Shown piece after piece: positions 1 through 9,559 of a stretch of 64,000 nucleotides of DNA (positions are counted from its first letter, which is position 1; the number at the start of each line of letters is the position of its first letter). A program made the position numbers and the translations under genes. The stretch comes from Naegleria gruberi (Eukaryota), in NCBI GenBank assembly GCA_000004985.1, contig GG738909.1. One strand, written 5' to 3'. The notes beneath the pieces were generated by a model, which made no database searches, was not told the DNA's origin, and worked only from the letters and a program-made list of their open reading frames with translations.

Positions 1-471
1 AACCCAAACCCAAACCCAAACCGAAACCCAAACCCAAACCCAAACCCAAACCCAAACCCAAACCCAAAGCCAAACCGAAACCCAAACCCAACCCAAACCC
101 AAACCCAAACCCAAACCCAAACCCAAACCCAAACCCGGACCCAAACCCAAACCCAAACCCAAACCCAAACCCAAACCCAAACCCAAACCCAAACCCAAAC
201 CCAAACCCAAACCCAAACCCAAACCCAAACCCAAACCCAAACCCAAACCCAAACCCAAACCCAAACCCAAACCCAAACCCAAACCCAAACCCAAACCCAA
301 ACCCAAACCCAAACCCAAACCCAAACCCAAACCCAAACCCAAACCCAAACCCAAACCCAAACCCAAACCCAAACCCAAACCCAAACCCAAACCCAAACCC
401 AAACCCAAACCCAAACCCAAACCCAAACCCAAACCCAAACCCAAACCCAAACCCAAACCCAAACCCAAACC
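1..471. repeat. Terminal telomeric repeat array (CCCAAA)n, equivalent to TTTGGG on the G-strand. The C-rich strand is on top, as expected for a left chromosome end. A few variant units (CCGAAA, CCCGGA, CCAAAG) occur within the distal ~140 bp.
   Basis: About 78 tandem hexamers read directly from positions 1-471. The array ends abruptly at ...aaacccaaac|cagatct. Confidence 0.9.
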
Positions 472-1113
472 AGATCTAAAAATAGAATTCTTCTAAACCC
501 AACTTTCAAACCCTAGCCCAAAATTATAAACTTTTTCATATATCATTAAATTTTATATCATTCGATAGGAAATTATGAGTAGATCAACGTAGTATATTTA
601 GTTTTTCAATTTATAAAATATTAACTTTGTAAATAATGTCAGATTAAAAATTATAAAATGAAACTATAGGAAGAATGATAATTTCAAAATCCTTTAATGA
701 GGTTATATAGTCAATATCATCATTAACAACATTTATAATCACTTTCATATGAAGTTTCAAAATTTCAAGTCTGTAGATATAAAAGTATAGAGTGAAAAGG
801 GAAGATGTGAGGTAAAAGAGGTCAACTATAACTTTTGAGTTTCTCATCAAAACATGTTGAATCCTGACATGAAAATGTTCCATTAGGTGAGTATACATCG
901 AATATCAAATTTATTTTAACTTTCATATTTAAAGATTTCTTCCCTCAACCATAATGGTCAACTATGATGAAAAGGATGAAATCTTGAAAAAGGACCACCT
1001 ATTAAAACTTTACCATAATGATGTACATGATATATAATGATATAGAATTCAATTTCATGTCTTAATAATCAGAAATGGTATCATGGGAAGGTAAATGTTG
1101 ATATTTTATGGTT
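472..1113. other. Unique AT-rich telomere-associated spacer between the two telomere-repeat blocks. It carries no convincing coding potential; the track ORFs here are short and low-complexity.
   Basis: Non-repetitive sequence bounded by (CCCAAA)n on the left and by the 50-N gap plus (CCCAAA)n on the right. Confidence 0.4.
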
Positions 1114-1163
1114 NNNNNNNNNNNNNNNNNNNNNNNNNNNNNNNNNNNNNNNNNNNNNNNNNN
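1114..1163. other. Assembly or scaffold gap, exactly 50 N.
   Basis: Run of 50 n characters. Confidence 0.95.
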
Positions 1164-1604
1164 CCCAAACCCAAACCCAAACCCAAACGGGAACCCAAAC
1201 CCAAACCCAAACCCAAACCCAAACCCAAACCCAAACCCAAACCCAAACCCAAACCCAAACCCAAACCCAAACCCAAACCCAAACCCAAACCCAACCCAAA
1301 CCCAAACCCAAACCCAAACCCAAACCCAAACCCAAACCCAAACCCAAACCCAAACCCAAACCCAAACCCAAACCCAAACCCAAACCCAAACCCAAACCCA
1401 AACCCAAACCCAAACCCAAACCCAAACCCAAACCCAAACCCAAACCCAAACCCAAACCCAAACCCAAACCCAAACCCAAACCCAAACCCAAACCCAAACC
1501 CAAACCCAAACCCAAACCCAAACCCAAACCCAAACCCAAACCCAAACCCAAACCCAAACCCAAACCCAAACCCAAACCCAAACCCAAACCCAACCCAAAC
1601 CCAA
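1164..1604. repeat. Second (CCCAAA)n telomere-type repeat block, in the same orientation as the terminal array. It is either internal or subtelomeric, or the end of a separately assembled contig.
   Basis: About 73 tandem hexamers with rare variants (CGGGAA, CCAACC). All long ORFs called here on both strands (PKPKPK, GLGLGL, WVWVWV) are translation artefacts of the repeat. Confidence 0.9.
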
Positions 1605-2413
1605 GAGAATTAAGTTGAACCTATGCGATTTTTCACCTTTTGCCAAATGGTTGCGTATCTAGCAAGCCCCCCCAAGAGAACAAAAAACACAGAAATATTG
1701 AGGTAAAACGAGTTGATTATCTCCATTATTTGATAGCAACCAATATTAAAATTATATATCAGCATGTAGCCGTGAACATTTCCTATCTAATGATATATAT
1801 TGATGTATATGAAGTCTTATAAATAATGATGTTTTAAGAGCGCAGATTAATATCCAAACCCAAACCATAGGCACACTCACTCAACGGCACTCAATCTTAA
1901 CCCAAATCATTCAAATGTTGCACAGAGTCCTTAAATGCCGAAAAAGTGTGGTCTCTCAGGTCGTTATTGATACAAGAGACATTAATAAACTTACACCTTT
2001 TATTTTCCTCATCAACAATGAAATTCCTAGCTGACGAATCTTGCATTCTTGCATTCTTCTTTTCTCCAATCATTTACAAGTAAATATCCAAATAATGATA
2101 AAAACCTTCCAAATCCTTAGCTGATTCCAAACATTCAGTAACTACACTAATAATATGATCTGTAAACTGTTTACTCTGTGTAAATCTCAAAAAGTTGTCA
2201 GATTTCAATGACAATCTCTCTAATATTATTATTCAAATTAATCTGTGAGTCACTTTCTTCTCTAAAGAAGGCATCAATAATCATTTGTGATTGTTGAAAC
2301 CTTGTCAGTGGATCTTTCATCTTGTTAAATTCGGCAATTCTTATTAGAAACTCCAAAGATGACAAATTCAATTCTCTCTTTAAAAACTCTTTGGTTGTCA
2401 ATATCGCTTACCA

Positions 2414-2463
2414 NNNNNNNNNNNNNNNNNNNNNNNNNNNNNNNNNNNNNNNNNNNNNNNNNN
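2414..2463. other. Assembly or scaffold gap, exactly 50 N.
   Basis: Run of 50 n characters. Confidence 0.95.
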
Positions 2464-2615
2464 GAAAATGTGAAAATTAGGAAACTTTCGTTAAATCCAA
2501 CTCGAATTATCTTTACTTTCAATCGACTACTATTGAAAATTCATCATTTTACACACTCAAAGCCAATTTTAAAGATTCGTACATTGTAAAACTAACAATT
2601 AATTCCTATGATGAG

Positions 2616-5236
2616 GTGCAATTTGAAAATTCAACAATTTCACAATCAGCATTTAATAGTTTTGGAGGAAATTATTTTCTCCGATCAACCTTGGATAATT
2701 GTGTCATGTTTGTATCTGCTAATGGATTGAATTTTTCAAATTCGAATATAGTTTCGAGTGGAATCACGAGCGAAGCAGGACAAATTTTAATAATTTCGTC
2801 CAATATTGAAAATTCTGGTATGGACATAAGAATTGGATTGAGTGCAGAATTGAGTTATTCAAAATTTGTGAATACTTCATTGAATGTTGTTGGAATGAAT
2901 AGTTTAATACTTGATAATTCTATATTTACAACGAATAGTTCATTATCAATTGTTGGAATATCAAAGGTTAGGATATTTCGTGGTAATTTTTCATATAATT
3001 CGAATGCACTCTCAATGGAATATGTTACATCCATTGAACTGATTGGGTGCAATTTTATTCGAAACTTGAAACCTTTACGAGTGGTGAATCGACCAAAAGT
3101 TACAACTGGATCTAATATATTGAAAGTAGATTCATGTCTCTTCGTAGAGAATACAGCACAATATGGTGGAGCTATTTATTCAGAGTTTACCACAATTATT
3201 TCCACCAATAATCGATACATTTCGAATAAGGCAGCCAATGGAGGTGCAATCTATGTGAAAAGCACAACATTTATTGACTCTTACTCCACCTTAGATTCCA
3301 ATCAAGCAATTTTAGGTTTATTTGACTGTAACAATCCAGAAGAATGTGGAAATGGAGGGGCTGTTTATTCTGTTGATGGGTATGGCCAATTTGTTAGTCA
3401 ATCAGTCATAAATGGAAATCAAGCAGTGAAAGGTGGCATTTGCTTTAATAGATGTATTTTTTCAGCTTCTTTATTGATGAGTAACAATAGAGCAAGCTAT
3501 TCAGGAAGTGATATTTTCTTTAAAGAGATTCCACCTGAATTTCGTAATGCAATTCCTTTAAGATATAAATCGAACGGGCTTGGAAGTAGAGAATTAATTG
3601 GAGTGAAATGGAGAATTATGACAGATAGAGAATCATTATTTGATTCGAATGAATATCACATCATTTCCGTCTATCCTGGAAAGACAATATCCATAGAGTT
3701 TACTTCCTTAATTGACATTTTCAATAATACATTGGAAAGTTCTCAAATTGCTCCCTCCATTTCTTTGCTATCAAGTGGTGGATATAATATTGTTACAAAT
3801 CCCTTTGATGTAAATAGCAATACATTTTTGAATGTTTATGTACAGGCACCCAATGATAGAATGGAACATATCCTCAATGCAAGTGTTGCGTTTTCTGATA
3901 GAGATTTTACATTCGAATTTGGGATACGTGTTGAAAGGTGTCCTTTCGACTATGCATTCGATAGCTCAACCAATGTATGCACCTTTAGGAGTCATACAGC
4001 TATAATACTTGCAGTAGTGTTTGGTGTTCTTATTCTCTTTATATTTATGGGAGTTGGCTTGGTGTCATGTGTGAAAATTACACAAGCTTTGGTCAAGCTC
4101 TATAAAAGAGAAAAGAAGGAGAAGAGAATTGCACACAAATTGATTGATAAGCAATTTATATTTGGAGATGAATCACCACTTCTTATCAATTTACTCGCCA
4201 AAAATGTGAACAACATTATCATTCCAATTGAGGACATTGAAATTGTCAAAAGAATTGGTGAAGGATCCATGGGTACAGTCTACATGGCTAGTTGGAATGG
4301 AATTACTGTAGCTCTGAAGAGTATCAAGACAGATAGTTTTGACATTTCAGAAGATGAATTTGAACATGAAGCATCTCTTCTTAATAGTTTGAGACATCCC
4401 TCCATTGTGAGATTTTACGGAGTTTCCCTTTCTAATACTAACAAATACATGGTTGTTGAATATTTGGAGAATGGTAGTTTGGATGCTATTATTGCTCAAT
4501 CAAAATGTGGAAGAAGAACTCTAGATTTGAAAAGTAAGATAGAAATTCTGAAAGGAATTGCGAGTGGAATGGATTATTTGCATTCCCTTAAACCTAGATC
4601 TCTCATTCACAGGTAAGTTCTAAAATTATTGTATGGTAAAGAACCACAATTCATGAATTTAGAGATTTAAAACCTGGAAATATTCTATTAGATTCAGATA
4701 TGAAACCTAAAGTTTGCGATTTTGGATTATCCAAAATGACTTCCAACTCTGGAAGCTCAACAATGACAATGAATCTTGGAACAATTTTTTACATGGCTCC
4801 AGAAATTATTGGAAGTGGATACGAAATTGGAAGCTCATTGGATGTCTACAGCTATAGTATGATCATGTATGAATTATTCTTTGAGGAAAAACCTTATTCA
4901 CCAACATATTCTACCAAAATGACAAAATTCTCCCCCAATAGTTCTTTAGACAGTTCCAGAGATTCCCAACAATTTGCATTTTCCATTCCATTAAAAGTGT
5001 TAAAATGTGAGAGACCAAATATACCTTGGAATAATTCACAAGAATTCGAAGGTTGGATTGATGAATTTGTAAAACCATACCAAAGTAGTAGTAGTAGTGG
5101 TGGTGGATTGAATCACTCTGGAGTATGTTCTGAATATATTGAATTGATGCAACAATGTTGGGATCAAGTACCATCCAATAGACCAAACTTCAAGGAAATT
5201 GGCCAACAATTAAACAACATGCTAAGCAGTTTATGA
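2616..5236 (+). CDS. Receptor-like tyrosine-kinase-like (TKL) protein kinase. The extracellular region has chlamydial polymorphic-membrane-protein (Pmp)-type repeats, followed by one transmembrane helix and a cytoplasmic kinase domain. There are two exons, 2616-4612 and 4663-5236, with a 50-nt intron at 4613-4662 (GTAAGT...TAG). The 5' end is unresolved.
   Basis: GGAIYS, GGAIYV, GGAVYS and GGICFN motifs with FxxN spacing, as in Pmp repeats. The TM segment is AIILAVVFGVLILFIFMGVGLV. The kinase shows GEGSMGTVY, a VALK lysine, HRDLKPGNILL (split by the intron after IHR, with an AG|A Arg codon across the junction), DFGLS and YMAPE. No in-frame ATG or signal peptide lies upstream of codon 31 back to the stop at 2478-2480. 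The 50-N gap sits ~150 bp upstream. Confidence 0.8.
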
Positions 5237-5362
5237 AAATAACATCCAAGGTTTGATTAAAGGTCAATAAAAATACTTTCTTAAAAAACTCTTGATGATA
5301 AAACTCTTTAAAATGAATTCATTCGATAATATGAGTTGATTCTTTGAACACAGTTTCAGAAT

Positions 5363-6074
5363 TTGAGAAATGCGATTACAATCTTTTCCAATAATAACAA
5401 GAAAAATAAAAATAACATAAATAAAAAAATGCATCAACATACCGACTTGAATCTTGAGGATTTAATTACTCTATTCGAAAAGAGTGAAAATGATGCAAAT
5501 TTAGAACCCGAACAAATATTTAAATTAATAGAGGAAATTGGTGATAGACGAAAATAATACACAGAAGGAATTTGAATGGAGACTCAAAGGAGCTGAGAAA
5601 GGCTGTGTTAAATTTCAATCAATTATCGGAAGGATGTATGTTGAAGGTAATGGAGTGGAAGAGAATTTGGAAAAGGCTTTTTATTGGATTAAAAAAGCTG
5701 CCGAAGGTGAAGATTCGGATTATCAAATACTTCTTGGTTGGTTATATGAAACAGGAAGAGTTGAAGAAAATCAAGAGATGTCATTATATTGGTATAAAAA
5801 AGCTGCTGATAATGGATCTATGGATGCAATTTATAGATGTGGAAATGTTTATTACTTGGATGACGATTATTCCAATGCATTGAATTGGTTTTGGAAAGGA
5901 GATGCATTAGGAGATGCTCAATCAATGGAAAAAATTGGATTAATGTATAGATATGGCTTTGGATTAAACCAAGATTTGCTAATTAAACCTATATTGCATT
6001 GTTTAATTTATTTCAGTAATAGTATTAAGAAAGATTTCCAATATTCTGAAACAATTGGTTACATTTTAGTTTAA
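5363..6074 (+). CDS. Sel1-repeat (TPR-like) protein. The Sel1 repeats are encoded by the 5538-6074 frame. The upstream ORF 5363-5557 is in frame +2 and overlaps it by 20 nt. The two are probably joined by a frameshift or a tiny intron near 5540-5565, or the gene starts at an internal ATG (5633).
   Basis: At least three Sel1 repeats are visible: GxGVEENLEKAFYWIKKAAEG, LGWLYETGRVEENQEMSLYWYKKAADNG and YRCGNVYY...ALNWFWKG. The first repeat begins before any in-frame ATG of the 5538 frame. Confidence 0.55.
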
Positions 6075-8015
6075 TTACCAACGTTCAGCAACTTGTGGAT
6101 TGTTGATAGCTGCCAAAATTTCGTTAATTCTTGCATCGGTTTGCACGTTAACTCTTGAATAAATGTATGGATTGGTGAGTTTCAAATCTTGAATGCTCTC
6201 CTTTAATTGTTCGAATTCTTTCAAAACCTGTCTCAATTCATCCTTTGATCTACACAAGTAATCTTTGCAGAGAATCTTTTGGAAAACTAATCTGGCATCA
6301 TTATCATATTTTTCCATATAAAAGTCCATTGCTTCTAAACACTTATCAGAATACCCAAGAGCAATCATTCCATTAGCAGCATAACAAAGAGAATCAATAA
6401 CAAAACTTGGATCCACAACTGATTCAAATCTTTCAACAGAAGAATAGGCATTGACTGCTAATTCATACATGTCACAAGCATAATAGCAACCTCCCTTAAT
6501 CATATAAAAATAAGGTCCATTAGGTGACCTCGAATATAATTCAGCTTGTCTGACAAAATCGGCCCCCTTTGCACCGTAAATATGTCTCAAATCTATTGAA
6601 ACTCCAGATTCAGCAGCTCTTGCATACATACTGGCCGATATCAAACTAATTGGTGTGAATTTGAGATCATTAATTCTTTCAACCTGTTTTTCTGGTACTT
6701 CAGTTTCATGTGAAAAATTGGTCTTTGCAAGAGTAGGGAGAGGTAACTTTGGAGTATTTGCAAGGTAGGCCAATGCCTTCTCCAAATGATGAATAGCATC
6801 TGAGTAATTATTGTGAACAACATTGAGGTCTGTCTCTGAACTAGTGAGAATGTCCAAACAAGATGCCTTCAAATAGTGAATATAAATATTCTTTGGATCA
6901 GTTTTGATACATTCATCTAAAATATCAATACTTTGCTTTCTATCACCATCAAAATGAGCAGCAACCTTCAAAGCTTTGATAAAGTTTCCAAGATGAATTG
7001 GAATATTTGTTTCAATATCTTCGAACCAATCAAACTCGTGCTCTGTGAATGTCTTTCCCAAGTAAGAATAAGCATTCTTATCAGCATTATAATGGAAATC
7101 TGGTTCATTTTCAATTGGCTTTGCAGTAGTGTAGGCCAATTTGGCTGCTTCGTAATCTGAAAAGACATGATCTGCATAATTTCTCATTTCACCAGCCATA
7201 ATTGGGAAATCCTTCAATCTATTAAACAAGAATAAAGCTGCAGCAATTACGTTTTCTTTTGTGGTTGGTCTCACCATATCTCTAATGTTTGGAATGTAAG
7301 CTGCATAAGAAAGTGATGCATCATAAGCAGCAAACAAGAAGAGTGTATCGTCAACAGGTGTATCAGCAGGATAAACAGCAGAAAGGGATCGCATGATATT
7401 TTCCTCATTGAATTGAGTTCTGATTGTTTCAACTGGGAACCATTCCTGATTTACAATCTTTAACATTAACAATTCAACCTTCTTCATCAAGACATATGAC
7501 TTCATACCAACATTTGATTTGAAGAATCTAACTTGCATGTTAACTGGATCATTAGTTTTTGGAAAGGTTTTGTAACAAAAATTAATGATATCACAAACTT
7601 CAACAAATAAGTGATTAGTTTCCAATTGAACAGGAGTAGGATGATTTCTACGATATTCAATAATATTTTCAGTTAATTTCTTAAATTTGTCCTCAAGCAC
7701 TTGATAATTTTTGATCAATTCATTCTGTTCTTGTTCGGAATAAACTGCTTTCTCTGCTGCTTGTTGTTTAGCCTTTTTCAAATCAAAGAACATTTTACTA
7801 CTTGTTGTATGATAATTTCTTCTATTTGCAATTTCCATTGAAAAGTTTAATTGATGATGCTTTCCGACATTGATCAGTGGTACGGAATTAAAATTAATCA
7901 TCATCAATCCACAACTACCACCAACAAGAATAGAACCATTCTTGAGAGATGATGAGGATCCTCGAGAAGCAGTAATAATTGATGATGAGAGAACCTTGTT
8001 GGCAAGTGTTTTCAT
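6075..8015 (-). CDS. Hypothetical 646-aa protein. The track ORF begins with a TTG at 8084. The first ATG, MKTLANKVLSSSIITASRGSSSS at 8015, looks like a mitochondrial-type presequence and follows an A-rich leader.
   Basis: Long uninterrupted ORF with protein-like composition. Its stop codon directly abuts the stop of the convergent Sel1 gene (6072-6074 TAA versus 6075-6077 TTA, complement of TAA). Confidence 0.6.
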   Translation of the reverse strand: MKTLANKVLSSSIITASRGSSSSLKNGSILVGGSCGLMMINFNSVPLINVGKHHQLNFSMEIANRRNYHTTSSKMFFDLKKAKQQAAEKAVYSEQEQNELIKNYQVLEDKFKKLTENIIEYRRNHPTPVQLETNHLFVEVCDIINFCYKTFPKTNDPVNMQVRFFKSNVGMKSYVLMKKVELLMLKIVNQEWFPVETIRTQFNEENIMRSLSAVYPADTPVDDTLFLFAAYDASLSYAAYIPNIRDMVRPTTKENVIAAALFLFNRLKDFPIMAGEMRNYADHVFSDYEAAKLAYTTAKPIENEPDFHYNADKNAYSYLGKTFTEHEFDWFEDIETNIPIHLGNFIKALKVAAHFDGDRKQSIDILDECIKTDPKNIYIHYLKASCLDILTSSETDLNVVHNNYSDAIHHLEKALAYLANTPKLPLPTLAKTNFSHETEVPEKQVERINDLKFTPISLISASMYARAAESGVSIDLRHIYGAKGADFVRQAELYSRSPNGPYFYMIKGGCYYACDMYELAVNAYSSVERFESVVDPSFVIDSLCYAANGMIALGYSDKCLEAMDFYMEKYDNDARLVFQKILCKDYLCRSKDELRQVLKEFEQLKESIQDLKLTNPYIYSRVNVQTDARINEILAAINNPQVAERW

Positions 8016-8572
8016 TTTTTTTAATTTTTTTTGTAAATTGGAAATTAACACGAACTTGAATTGATAAAGTGTTAATCCAATCAATTATTTCAAAAACCAT
8101 TCATAGGGATATGGAGTTAATAAAAAATAAATGAGAGAATCTCTTGAAGGAAATTTCATGGTAGAATGTTGATGGTGGAAGGTTGCTGAATATCTTGGCC
8201 AACTTTTGAACTAAAAGAACAAGATGAACAGTAGTGTTAGATTACATTATAGAGACGTATTTATTCATGTCTTGATGAAGAACGATCAAGTAGATGATGA
8301 ATGATTAATGTTAGGAAGCATGTGAAAATTCAATTTGGCAATCTTTAGAAACTGTTCGAAAAACATTGCCAAAACATCCTTGCTGATGTGGTACAATAGT
8401 AAATCTTTGTCTTCCTCGAAATTGACCAAGTTTCCAAAAGGTGCAAATGTTATGTGAAAATTATTTACTTTCATCTTCTCCAACTTCATCCATTTGATGG
8501 AAAGTTTTGAAACTTTCCAGGGTGATACTAATGAACAATTTAGAGCATGCCTATGATGTTTTTGTTGCTCTG

Positions 8573-8890
8573 GATGATGAAAATATTAAAATTAATAAAA
8601 TTGATGATGAAAATATTCTTAAAGTAAAGAGTCGCACCACTTGATTGTAGTATAATGGTGATACTATAAGATGGTGCTACTTCTCCAATTCAACAAATTT
8701 TTCCGTCAATTCAATAATCGCCTTTTAAAAAGTGTAATTCATTTGTTAAAATCCAACAATACTATTTCCACACATTCCATATTATCCTATCGTCTTATCC
8801 TGAAAATATTTTCCACAATGATGAAGAACAGCCTTTGGTAATAAACAAATGATGAAACCTCTCGTTTGCTTGGCTGATGATGAAAATTTT
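8573..8890. promoter_or_regulatory. Three direct copies of GATGATGAAAAT(A/T)TT, at about 8573, 8603 and 8875. They lie 560-880 bp upstream of the 8015 start codon (490-800 bp upstream of the 8084 TTG of the track ORF). Candidate cis-regulatory repeats.
   Basis: The repeated 15-16-mer was read directly. The repeats sit in a 1.5-kb non-coding spacer between the 3' end of the 1578-aa gene and the start of the 6075-8015 gene. Confidence 0.25.
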
Positions 8891-9559
8891 TTGTAATTTT
8901 AATTTATCAAAAATATTCAACAAATAGTCTGTGGACATTCTCGGAGTGGTTTTACATCATGAAACCACCAAACTTTCACGACATCATCTCAACATCATCA
9001 TAAGTAGTAATAATAGCAATTTATTGGTGGATTATCATCAACAAGTTTCAAAAATATTGGATCAACATCAGGTACATCACTCTGCTGATTCTTGGAGTGA
9101 TTTCACATCTATTAACTCCAAGAATTTCACCACATCATCTCATCATCATTTAAATAATAGTATTAATAGTAATTTTTGGAATTTAATTCTTCATCATGAT
9201 TTGGAAATTATTTTATTATTTGGAAAAATTCAAGTTGGTACATCATCATCGGAACAACTACCAACCATCATCATTGTTATTTATCATCATTATAATAGTA
9301 ATATTTGTGGAAATAAATCTGATTTGTTGAGGTTATTCTTCATATAAATATGATTTCTCTCTTCATGATATGAGGAGGGATTGATATCATGATTTTTTGG
9401 AAGTTGTTAATTTAATTTATTTAACCTGTTTTTCTAATGATGTGGATGTTGACTCGTATTGAAGGAACATTTAACAGTTGTAGATTTATCATTATTAGAA
9501 TCAATAGCTTTGATTTAGGTGAATATGTATTTCCTTACATATCATAAAGAATTGAGTTT

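Noticed and set aside
1062-1662. Six long ORFs (PKPKPK..., GLGLGL..., WVWVWV..., PNPNPN..., TQTQTQ...) on both strands over the inner repeat block.
   Set aside because: They are direct translations of the (CCCAAA)n hexamer in all frames and are not genes.
4911-5186. A 91-aa minus-strand ORF inside the kinase domain exon.
   Set aside because: It is antisense to the conserved kinase C-lobe coding sequence.
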